From assembly GCA_036273515.1 (NCBI GenBank), contig DASUHM010000002.1, forward strand, positions 748 to 64,747: DNA of 64,000 nt, in the 5' to 3' direction. Positions 51,304 through 59,861 of this stretch are shown here, piece by piece (the stretch's first letter is position 1; every line of letters starts with the position of its first letter). A program made the translations under genes and the position numbers. The notes beneath the pieces are model-generated. The model was not told the DNA's origin. It did no database searches and was given only the letters and a program-made list of their open reading frames with translations. Source of the stretch: Gaiellales bacterium (GTDB lineage: Bacteria > Actinomycetota > Thermoleophilia > Gaiellales > JAICJC01).

Positions 51304-54300
51304 GTGACAGCCGAGCCGAGGCGCGAACATTCTCCCCGGTTGGAGATTCGCGCCGATGTGGGAGCCCGATCGCGGGCGGCTTGGGCGCCGCTTCGGGTGG
51401 CGGCGGCGCGAGCGCGCGCGCGGCCGGGCCGCGGCGGCCTCGTGGCGATCGGCGTCGCGGTCGCCGCGGCGGCCCTGGGAGGGGTCGTCGGCGGCTCCAC
51501 GATCACGGCCGACCGCAGCCTGCGGGCCGCGCTCGAGGACCTGCCCGTCGCCCAGCGCAGCTTCACGGCCACGTGGCAGGGGACGCCCCCGGCGGGCGGA
51601 TACGGCGAGATCGACCGCGCAGCGACCCGCGCGCTGGCCCGGCTGGGGCCGACGCCGCCCGCGCGCACGGTCGCGTTTCCCGAGCTGAACCTCGGCGGGC
51701 GCCTCGCCGACCTCGGCGCGATCGACGACCCGGCGCGGTGGGTGCGGCTGCGCTCGGGCCGCCTCCCCCGCTCCTGCGCGCCGGCCCGGTGCGAGGTGCT
51801 CCAGGCCGGCGGCACCCCGGTGACGGCGATGGCCGAGCCGGGCCTGCACCTCGTCGTCGTCGGCCGCACAGCGGGCCCGCTGCCGGTGACGCTGGCGCCG
51901 CTCACCCGCAGCAGCCACCAGGCCAAGGGCGGCCCGCCGCCGGTGCTGCTGGCGGGCGGCGTGTCCGAGCTCTCCGCCCTACCCGTGTTCTCGGCCGTCT
52001 ACCGGGCGTACGGCTGGACGACGCCGATCGACCCGAAGGCCCTGCACGACTGGGAGATCACCGGCCTACTCGACCGTGAGGCGACGGCTGCCCAGCACGT
52101 GCGCCTGCTGGGGACGCCGTTCGGGCTGACCGGGCCGACCAACACGCTCGTCGCCCTGCGCGCGGCGGACGACGTCGCGGCGCGGCGGATGCAGCTCGTG
52201 GGCGGCGGGGCGGCGGCGCTCCTGCTCGGGTTCGTGCTCCTGGCCGCAGCCGGCCTGCGCCGCGACGCCGGCACCGAGTGGGCGCGGCTCGAGCGCCACG
52301 GCGCCCGGCTCGGCCAGCTGTGGACGTTCGCCTGGGTCGAGGCGGCCTGGATCACGCTCGCCGGGGCGATCTTCGGCGCCGTCGTGGCCGCCGTCGGGGT
52401 CGCGATCGCCGCCGAGCGGGCGGACGTCGCCGCCGGGGCCGTCCTGCGCCACACGCTGCTGTCGGGCCCGGGCATCGCCGCGATCGTCGTCGCGTGGATC
52501 GCCGGCGCCGCGATCCTGGTCACGGCCGAGCGCACGTCCGGCGCCGACCTGCGCCTCGGGCCGGTGCGCGGGCTCGACCTGGCGGCCCTCGCCATCGTCG
52601 GCGCGGTCGCCCTGGCCGCCGCCCGCGGCAGCGCGAGCTCGACGTCGCTCGAGTCGGGATCGGATCCACTGCTCGCCCTGCTGCCGGGTCTGGTCGCGAT
52701 CGCCGGGGCGATCGTCACCGCCCGGCTGATCGGGCCGCTGCTGCGGCTGGCCGGGCGCGGCCTCCGCCACGGGCCGCCCAGCGTGCGCCTGGCCATCGTC
52801 TCGCTCGGCCGCGAGGGCGGCCGGCCGACGCTCGCCGCCGCGTTCCTCGTGGCCGGCATCGGGCTCGGCGTGTTCGCGGTCGCCTACCGGGCGACGCTCG
52901 CCCAGGGCGAGCACGACCAGGCCGCCTTCCAGGTGCCGCTCGACTACACGCTGTCCGAGGGTCCGGCGCTGCGGCTGCCGCTCCAGGCGGCGCCGCTCTC
53001 GGCCTACCGCGGGGTGGCACCGGGGACGCTGGCCGCGCCCGTCGTACGGCTGGGCGCCACGGCTCCGGCGCCCGGCCAGCCGGCCCAGGCGAGCGTCCTC
53101 GGCGTCCCTGCCGGCGCCATCGCGTCGATCCGCAGCTGGCGCGGCGACTTCGCCTCGGTCTCCCAGGAGGAGGTCGTGCACCGGCTGCGGCCGGCCCATC
53201 CGCCGGCGCTGCACGGCGCGCCGCTCCCGCCGGGCGCTTCGAGCGTCTCGCTGGCCGTGACCACCGACGGCCGCCCGGTGAACCTCGCCCTCGCCATCGA
53301 GACCCCCAGGGGCGACTTCGAAAACGTCCCGCTCGGCGACACGACCAGGGGCGCCACGACGCTGCGGGCAAACCTGCCCGAGGCCGACCGCGGCGGCAAG
53401 GTCGTGGGCCTGATCGTGGCCCTGCGCTTCAACGACGCCCAGGCCCTCGCCCACCAGGGCATCGAGGGCGGGCTGACCATCGTCGCCCGCGGGCGCCTGC
53501 GCCTGGGGCCCCTGGAGGCCGCCGCCGCGCCCGTGACCGACTGGCGAGGTTGGGTCACGCGCGGCACCGCCCGGCCGTCGGTCGTTCCCGGGGCGGGCCT
53601 GCGGTATGCGCTCGACGGCAGCACGAACGGCCTCTTCCGGCCCCGCCAGCCGACCGACGGCAAGGCGGTGCCGGTGGTGGCGAGCCCGGGCCTTGCGGCG
53701 CTCGCCGGCCCCGACGGCGTCCTGCACATGACGGTCGAGGGCGCCGTCGCGCTCACGGTGAAGATCGCGGCTGTCGCGCACCGCTTCCCCACCGCGGGCG
53801 GTGAGTTCGTCGTGGCGGACGAGGCCGAGCTGGCGACGGCGCTCAACGCCGACGCCCCCGGCGCGGCGACGCCCGCCGAGATCTGGCTGGCCGTGGCGTC
53901 GGCCCAGCGCGACCGAGTCGATGCGGCGCTTCGGAAGCGGCCCTTCTCCGCCCTCGAGCTGCGCTCCCGCGACGCCGTCCAGGCCCGGCTCGCCTCCGAG
54001 CCGCTCGCCCGCGGCCTGCTGGACGTCCTGGCGATGTCCGCCCTGCTCGCGCTCGTGCTCGGCGTCGCCGGGCTCGTCCTGGTGTGCGCCGCCGACCTCG
54101 GCGACGAGCGCGACCACCTGGTCGACCTCGAGGCGATGGGCGTTGGCCCGCCCGCGCTGCGCCGCCACCTCGTGCTGCGCGCGGCAGCCTTGGTCGTGAC
54201 CGGCATCGTCGGCGGCGTCGTCCTCGGCCTCGTGCTCGAGCGGCTCGTCATCGACCTCGTCTCGCTCGGCGCCGGCGCCGCGACGGCCGAGCCCCCGCTG

Positions 54301-54435
54301 CGAGGCGTCCAGGACTGGGCGACGGTCATGGCCGGCCTGCTGGCCTTCGCCGTCTGCGGCCTCGCGCTCGTATGGGCATTCGCCCGCACCGCCTTCCGGG
54401 CGCCGGTGCCCGGCCGGATCGGGGGCGGGCCGTGA
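51304..54435 (+). CDS. Large FtsX/MacB-type ABC transporter permease (1043 aa)
   Basis: GTG start. The protein has an N-terminal TM segment, large extracytoplasmic regions and two clusters of FtsX-like TM helices. It is translationally coupled (GTGA) to the ATPase gene. Confidence 0.7.
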   Translation: MTAEPRREHSPRLEIRADVGARSRAAWAPLRVAAARARARPGRGGLVAIGVAVAAAALGGVVGGSTITADRSLRAALEDLPVAQRSFTATWQGTPPAGGYGEIDRAATRALARLGPTPPARTVAFPELNLGGRLADLGAIDDPARWVRLRSGRLPRSCAPARCEVLQAGGTPVTAMAEPGLHLVVVGRTAGPLPVTLAPLTRSSHQAKGGPPPVLLAGGVSELSALPVFSAVYRAYGWTTPIDPKALHDWEITGLLDREATAAQHVRLLGTPFGLTGPTNTLVALRAADDVAARRMQLVGGGAAALLLGFVLLAAAGLRRDAGTEWARLERHGARLGQLWTFAWVEAAWITLAGAIFGAVVAAVGVAIAAERADVAAGAVLRHTLLSGPGIAAIVVAWIAGAAILVTAERTSGADLRLGPVRGLDLAALAIVGAVALAAARGSASSTSLESGSDPLLALLPGLVAIAGAIVTARLIGPLLRLAGRGLRHGPPSVRLAIVSLGREGGRPTLAAAFLVAGIGLGVFAVAYRATLAQGEHDQAAFQVPLDYTLSEGPALRLPLQAAPLSAYRGVAPGTLAAPVVRLGATAPAPGQPAQASVLGVPAGAIASIRSWRGDFASVSQEEVVHRLRPAHPPALHGAPLPPGASSVSLAVTTDGRPVNLALAIETPRGDFENVPLGDTTRGATTLRANLPEADRGGKVVGLIVALRFNDAQALAHQGIEGGLTIVARGRLRLGPLEAAAAPVTDWRGWVTRGTARPSVVPGAGLRYALDGSTNGLFRPRQPTDGKAVPVVASPGLAALAGPDGVLHMTVEGAVALTVKIAAVAHRFPTAGGEFVVADEAELATALNADAPGAATPAEIWLAVASAQRDRVDAALRKRPFSALELRSRDAVQARLASEPLARGLLDVLAMSALLALVLGVAGLVLVCAADLGDERDHLVDLEAMGVGPPALRRHLVLRAAALVVTGIVGGVVLGLVLERLVIDLVSLGAGAATAEPPLRGVQDWATVMAGLLAFAVCGLALVWAFARTAFRAPVPGRIGGGP

Positions 54436-55979
54436 CCCCCGTCATCGACGCCCGCGACCTCTTCCGCATCCACAGAAGCGCCGAGGGCGAGGCGGCGGCG
54501 CTCCAGGGTCTGACGATGCACGTCGACCCCGGCGAGGTGGTCGCCGTGCTGGGCCCGAGCGGGTCGGGCAAGAGCACGCTGCTTCGGATCCTGGCCGGCC
54601 TGGAGCGGCCGTCGGCGGGCACCGCCCGCGTGCTCGGGCACGACATGGCCGAGCTGCGCCCCCGCCGCGCCGCCTCCCTGCGGGCGCGCTCGCTCGGGAT
54701 CGTCGACCAGCACTACCACCGCTCGCTCCCGCCGGAGCTGCGCTGCCGCGAGATCGTCGGCCTCCAGCTGGCCATGCTCGGCGTGGCCGCCGCCGACCGC
54801 GACCGGCGGGCCGCCGAGCTGCTCGAGCGGGTGGGCCTCGCCGATGCGGCGGAGACGCCGCCGGGGAGGCTCTCGGGCGGCGAGCAGCAGCGGGTCGCGA
54901 TCTGCGCGGCCGTGGCCCACCGCCCCGCCCTCCTGCTGGCCGACGAGCCGGCCGGCGAGCTCGACGCGAAGAACGTCGCGGTCGCCTACGAGCTGATCGC
55001 CGAGCTGGCCCGCGACGACGGCGCGACGGTCGTCCTCGTCAGCCACGACCCGGCGGCGACCACCGTCGCCGACCGCACCGTCCACATCCGCGACGGCCGC
55101 CTGAGCGACGAGGCGTCGGCCGGCGGCGCGAGCGCGATCGTCGTCGGCAGCGGCGGCTGGCTGCGGCTGCCCGAGGAGCTCCTGCGCGACGCCGGCGTCG
55201 GCCGGCTGGCGCGGGCGGAGCGGCACGACCAGGGCATCCTGATCACGCCCGCCGGGCCTGCCGCCACCCCCGTCCCCGAGCCGGCTGTCCCCATGCCCGC
55301 ACCCGAGCGACCGGCGCCGACGGCCGCGGCCGAGCTGCGCGACGTCACCATGCGCTACGGCGAGGGCCGGCGGGCGCGGGTCGTGCTCGACGGCTTCGGC
55401 GCGACGTTCGAGTCGGGCAGGATGACGGCGCTGACCGGCCGGTCGGGCTCGGGCAAGAGCACCGTGCTGCGGCTCCTGGCCGGGATGGAGCACCCGACCT
55501 CGGGCGAAGTGGCCGTGCTGGGGAGCTCGATCGGCGGGCTCGACCGGGCCGCGGCGGCAGCCTTCCGGCGCGATCATGTGGCCGTCGTCGCGCAGGAGGC
55601 GGGGCTCGTCGACTACCTCTCGGCCACCGAGAACGTGACCCTGGCGATGGCGATGCGGGGGCTCGGCGAGGGCGAGGCGGCCACCGAGACGGCCGCGACC
55701 TGGCTCTCCCGCGTCGGGCTCGGCCACCGCCTCGAGCACCGCGTGGCGCGGCTCTCGGCCGGCGAGCGCCAGCGCGTGGCGATCGCCCGCGCTCTCGCCT
55801 GCGAGCCCGACCTGCTCCTGGTCGACGAGCCGACCTCGCGGCTCGACCAGGTGAACGCGGCCGTCGTCGCGCGCATGCTCGCCGACGCCGCCCGCCTGCA
55901 TGGCGCCACCATCGTCTGCGCCACCCACGACCCGCTCGTCACCGAGCAGGCCGACGTGGTCATGCCGCTCGAGCGCTGA
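54432..55979 (+). CDS. Tandem-NBD ABC ATPase with inter-domain AbrB/SpoVT-like segment
   Basis: GTG at 54432. NBD1 has [20 protein letters not shown] and LLADEP. NBD2 has [21 protein letters not shown] and LLVDEP. The linker reads [33 protein letters not shown]. Confidence 0.85.
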   Translation: MTPVIDARDLFRIHRSAEGEAAALQGLTMHVDPGEVVAVLGPSGSGKSTLLRILAGLERPSAGTARVLGHDMAELRPRRAASLRARSLGIVDQHYHRSLPPELRCREIVGLQLAMLGVAAADRDRRAAELLERVGLADAAETPPGRLSGGEQQRVAICAAVAHRPALLLADEPAGELDAKNVAVAYELIAELARDDGATVVLVSHDPAATTVADRTVHIRDGRLSDEASAGGASAIVVGSGGWLRLPEELLRDAGVGRLARAERHDQGILITPAGPAATPVPEPAVPMPAPERPAPTAAAELRDVTMRYGEGRRARVVLDGFGATFESGRMTALTGRSGSGKSTVLRLLAGMEHPTSGEVAVLGSSIGGLDRAAAAAFRRDHVAVVAQEAGLVDYLSATENVTLAMAMRGLGEGEAATETAATWLSRVGLGHRLEHRVARLSAGERQRVAIARALACEPDLLLVDEPTSRLDQVNAAVVARMLADAARLHGATIVCATHDPLVTEQADVVMPLER

Positions 55980-56020
55980 AGTGTTGACCTGTTCGCCAAG
56001 TGGCCGCATGCTGGTGACGG

Positions 56021-57694
56021 GTGTCGAGCACACGTCTCCGATCTGCGGTTCTCGCGGTGTCCGTCCTTGCCGTCGCCATGTCGGCGGGCTCGGCGTTCGC
56101 AACCACGAACCTGCTGCCGAACGGCGGGTTCGAGGGCGCGGGGTCAGGCTCGCTGACCGGCTGGAAGGGAGTTCGCGCCACGCTCAGCGTGCGGCCCGAC
56201 GGCCGCGGCGGCGGGCACGCGGTCCGCGCCCTCCGCACGAGCGGCACGAGCTACTCGATCGTCGCGAGCCCGAACCCGACGCCCAGCACCGCCGGCCGCC
56301 TGTACCGCGCCCGCGGCGACGTGCGCTCCGGCCGGGTCGGCCGCACCGTCTGCCTGAAGCTGCTCGAGATGACGCCCGCCGGGCGCGTCGCCGGGCAGAG
56401 CTCCGGCTGCATCAAGCCCGTCGACGCATGGCGCGCCTTCCCGACGGTCAACTACACCGCCAAGCGGGCCGGCGACACGATCTCGTTCCGGGTCGTGCAG
56501 ACCTCGCGCGCGGTCGCGGGCGATAGCTTCCAGGTCGACGCCCTCAGCCTGACCTCGCCGTCGGACGACGCCAGCCCGCCGGCCGCGCCTACCGGATTCA
56601 CCGCCCAGGCGGCGTCGCAGACGCGGGTCGCGCTGGCCTGGAATGCATCGACCGACAACCGCGCCGTCGCGGGCTACACGATCTACCGCGGCGGCGTCTT
56701 CCGGGCGACGGTGTTCGGGGCAGCGACGACGACCTTCCTCGACAAGACGGCCGTGGCCGGGAAGACCTACAGCTACGCGATCGACGCCTTCGACGCGTCC
56801 GGCAACCGCTCGGCCCGCACGGCCCAGAAGACCGTGGTCATGCCGGCCGCCGGCGACCCCATCGTCGCCGCCGCCGGCGACATCGCCTGCGATCCCACCT
56901 CCGCCAGCTTCAACGGCGGGAAGGGCACCGCGGCGGCCTGCCAGCAGATGGCGACGTCGGCCATCATCCAGGACGACCCGGCGATCGCGGCCGTGCTCAC
57001 CCTCGGCGACGACCAGTACGGATGCGGCGGCTTCAGCGCCTTCCAGGCGTCGTTCGACCCGTCGTGGGGCCGGTTCAAGGCCAAGATCCACCCGGCCCCC
57101 GGAAACCACGAGTACCAGACGAGCGGCGGCAGCGGCTGCTCACCGAACGCCGCAGGCTACTTCCGCTACTTCGGCGCCGCGGCCGGGAACGCGCAGGGCG
57201 ACTACGCGTGGAACATCGGCGCATGGCACATGATCGCCCTGAACGGCGAGTGCCAGAACGTCGGCGGCTGCGACGCCGGCTCACCGCAGGGCCAGTTCCT
57301 GACGTCGCATCTCGGCACGAGCAGGTGCACCCTGGCCTACTGGCACGAGCCGTACTACAACGGCGGCGGCATCACGAGCTCGAAGTACGCCTACTTCTGG
57401 CAGACGCTGCGGGCCGCGAACGCCGACATCATCCTGAACGGGCACATCCACACGTACGCGCGCTTCGCCCCCCAGGACGCGAACGGCAACGCCGACCCGG
57501 ACGGGGTGCGCGAGTTCATCGTCGGCACGGGCGGCGAGGATCACGGCTCGATGAACGGGTCGACCAATGTCCAGGCCAGCGCCGGCGGCGACTTCGGCGT
57601 CCTCGAGCTGACCCTCCACCCCGCCGGCTACACGTGGAAGATGGTGTCGACGACCGGCGCCGTCCTCGACTCCGGCACCACCGCCTGCACCTAA
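56021..57694 (+). CDS. Secreted metallophosphoesterase with CBM-like and fibronectin-III domains
   Basis: 557-aa ORF with a GTG start and a signal peptide. It has a CBM4/9-like N-terminus (LLPNGGFEG), an FN3 domain (ALAWNASTDNRAVAGYTIYR) and calcineurin-like motifs (GDIACD, GDDQY, GNHEY, NGHIH). Confidence 0.8.
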   Translation: MSSTRLRSAVLAVSVLAVAMSAGSAFATTNLLPNGGFEGAGSGSLTGWKGVRATLSVRPDGRGGGHAVRALRTSGTSYSIVASPNPTPSTAGRLYRARGDVRSGRVGRTVCLKLLEMTPAGRVAGQSSGCIKPVDAWRAFPTVNYTAKRAGDTISFRVVQTSRAVAGDSFQVDALSLTSPSDDASPPAAPTGFTAQAASQTRVALAWNASTDNRAVAGYTIYRGGVFRATVFGAATTTFLDKTAVAGKTYSYAIDAFDASGNRSARTAQKTVVMPAAGDPIVAAAGDIACDPTSASFNGGKGTAAACQQMATSAIIQDDPAIAAVLTLGDDQYGCGGFSAFQASFDPSWGRFKAKIHPAPGNHEYQTSGGSGCSPNAAGYFRYFGAAAGNAQGDYAWNIGAWHMIALNGECQNVGGCDAGSPQGQFLTSHLGTSRCTLAYWHEPYYNGGGITSSKYAYFWQTLRAANADIILNGHIHTYARFAPQDANGNADPDGVREFIVGTGGEDHGSMNGSTNVQASAGGDFGVLELTLHPAGYTWKMVSTTGAVLDSGTTACT

Positions 57695-58329
57695 TCCTTC
57701 CGGCCGGTGACGGCCAGGCGCAGGCCGAGGCCGATCAGCACCACGCCGCCGGCGCCCGCGAGCGCTTCGAGCCGCCCGCGCGAGCGCGCGATCCAGGTGC
57801 GGGCCGAGCCGGAGGCGATCGCCCACGCGCTGTCGGAGATCACGCCGATCGTGAGGAAGACGATGCCCAGGACGAGCAGCTGCAGCGGCACGTGGCCGCG
57901 TGACGGATCGGCGAACTGCGGAATGACCACGGTGAAGACGACGACGGCCTTCGGATTCGTGAAGCCGACGATGAAGCCCTCGCGCACGATCCGGCGGGTG
58001 CCCCTGGGCACCTCGGTCGCGTCGTGCAGGGCGGCCAGGCCGTGGCGGTTTCGGAGCATGCGCAGGCCGAGCACCACGAGGTAGACGGCGCCGATCAGCT
58101 TGACCGCGGTGAACGCGGCGTCGGAGCGCTCGACCAGCGCCCCCAGACCGAGGGCGACGAGGATCGCCTGCACCATCACGCCGGCGGTGTTGCCGGCCAC
58201 GGTCGCGAGCGCGGCCTTGCGCCCCAGCGCCACCCCGCGGCTGACGACGAAGAGCACGCTCGGCCCCGGCACGACGATCAGCACGAAGGCCGTGATCGCG
58301 AACTCGAGCAGGTGGTCGCCGGGAGGCAT
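57691..58329 (-). CDS. LysE/RhtB-family amino-acid exporter
   Basis: 212-aa ORF with FVLIVVPGPSVLFVVS... TAGAGT lies 8 nt upstream of the ATG (58338-58343). Its stop overlaps the phosphoesterase stop (CTAA). Confidence 0.85.
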   Translation of the reverse strand: MPPGDHLLEFAITAFVLIVVPGPSVLFVVSRGVALGRKAALATVAGNTAGVMVQAILVALGLGALVERSDAAFTAVKLIGAVYLVVLGLRMLRNRHGLAALHDATEVPRGTRRIVREGFIVGFTNPKAVVVFTVVIPQFADPSRGHVPLQLLVLGIVFLTIGVISDSAWAIASGSARTWIARSRGRLEALAGAGGVVLIGLGLRLAVTGRKD

Positions 58330-58352
58330 GCCCGCCGACTCTAACCGCCGCC

Positions 58353-58385
58353 GTGAATAAAAGGGGTCTGACCCCGTTTCTTCAC
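58353..58385. repeat. Extended REP-like hairpin GTGAATAAAAGGGGTC-T-GACCCCGTTTCTTCAC
   Basis: It shares the identical 21-nt core AAAAGGGGTCTGACCCCGTTT with the copy at 25031. The outer arms differ but remain complementary. Confidence 0.8.
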
Positions 58386-58493
58386 CGGTTATCCCAATAG
58401 CTTGGAAAGTCGCGTAGGGCGAATTACCGCAATCTGGCTCCTGAAGGGCGACATCTAACAGTCTCCTTACGCGATCGGCCGCGGTCGCTGCCG

Positions 58494-59861
58494 ATGGATG
58501 GCCGGCTGAATCGTCCGACGAACACGTTTACGGGGGTCACCATGGGGGGAGAGTCAGTCGCAGTCGCCGCGCCGTCATTCGACGAGGTAGTCGGCGCGCG
58601 AACGGCGAAGATCGGCATCATCGGCCTCGGCTACGCGGGCCTGCCGCTCGCAACCGGGTTCGCCGGCGCCGGCTTCGAGGTGCTCGGCATCGACCTCGAC
58701 CCCGACCGGGTCGCATCGGTGAACGCCGGCCGGTCCTACCTGACCGACCTGAGCGACTCCGAGCTGGCCGCGCTCGACGGCCGTGTCTCCGCCGCGACGA
58801 CCTACGACCGGGTCGGCGAGGCCGCCGCGTTCATCATCTGCGTCCCCACCCCGCTCTCGAAGACCCGCACGCCCGACCTCTCCCACGTCGTCGCCGCGGT
58901 CGAGTCGGTGGCCAGGCGGCTCGTCCCGGGCCAGCTCGTCATCCTCCAGTCCACCACCGTCCCCGGCACGACCGACGAGCTCGTCGTGTCGACGCTCGAG
59001 CGCGCGACCGGCGGCACCGTCGGCCGCGACTTCTACGTCGGCTACGCGCCCGAGCGGGTCGATCCGGCCAACACGGCCGGCTGGAACCTGCACACGACGC
59101 CCAAGCTCGTCTCCGGCGTCACCGAGGAGTGCGTCCGCCGTACCGCGCTGCTCTTCGACCAGGTCTGCGAGACGGTGATCCCGTGCGGGTCGACCCGGGT
59201 GGCCGAGCTCGCGAAGCTCTACGAGAACACGTTCCGGCAGGTGAACATCGCCCTGGCCAACGAGCTCGCGCTGATGTGCCAGCGGCTCGGCGTCTCGGCC
59301 TGGGAGGTCATCGACGCCGCCGCCACCAAGCCGTTCGGGTTCCTGGCCCACTACCCCGGCCCCGGTCTCGGCGGCGACTGCATCCCGGTCGTCCCCCACT
59401 TCCTCTCCTACCGCCTGCGCGAGTGCGGCTACCAGACGCGGATGATCGACGCCGCCCACGAGATCAACACCGCCATGCCCGAGTTCGTCGTCGGCCTCGT
59501 GACCCGGGCGCTGAACGATCGGGGTATGGCCGTGCGCGATGCACGCATCCTGCTCTGCGGCGTCGCCTACAAGCCGAACGTCTCCGACCTGCGCGAGTCG
59601 CCGGCGCTCGTGATCTTCGAGCAGCTCCAGCGCCGCGGCGCCCAGATCGCCTACTCCGACCCGCACATTGCGTCCGTCACGGTCGGCGATTACGTGTACG
59701 GGTCGACGCCGTGGGAGGCCGCAATCGTCCGCAGCGCGGACGTGGTCGTGATGCTGACGCCGCACGATGAGTTCCTGGCCGCCCCGCACTGGGAGTCGGC
59801 GACGACCGTGGTCGACACCCGGAACGTCGTCGCGTCCGGCGAGGGCGTGTACCGGCTGTGA
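58494..59861 (+). CDS. Nucleotide-sugar 6-dehydrogenase (WbpA/TviB/WecC-like subgroup)
   Basis: 455-aa ORF with an alternative ATG at 58542. The N-terminal motif is KIGIIGLGYAGLPLATGFAGAGFEVLGIDLD, and the catalytic Cys is in GLGGDCIP. Confidence 0.85.
   Translation: MDGRLNRPTNTFTGVTMGGESVAVAAPSFDEVVGARTAKIGIIGLGYAGLPLATGFAGAGFEVLGIDLDPDRVASVNAGRSYLTDLSDSELAALDGRVSAATTYDRVGEAAAFIICVPTPLSKTRTPDLSHVVAAVESVARRLVPGQLVILQSTTVPGTTDELVVSTLERATGGTVGRDFYVGYAPERVDPANTAGWNLHTTPKLVSGVTEECVRRTALLFDQVCETVIPCGSTRVAELAKLYENTFRQVNIALANELALMCQRLGVSAWEVIDAAATKPFGFLAHYPGPGLGGDCIPVVPHFLSYRLRECGYQTRMIDAAHEINTAMPEFVVGLVTRALNDRGMAVRDARILLCGVAYKPNVSDLRESPALVIFEQLQRRGAQIAYSDPHIASVTVGDYVYGSTPWEAAIVRSADVVVMLTPHDEFLAAPHWESATTVVDTRNVVASGEGVYRL

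Noticed and set aside
52066-56102. 700-aa and 1032-aa minus-strand ORFs opposite the FtsX permease and the ABC ATPase
   Set aside because: They are antisense shadow ORFs with no motifs. The plus-strand genes have Walker and signature motifs and TM patterns.
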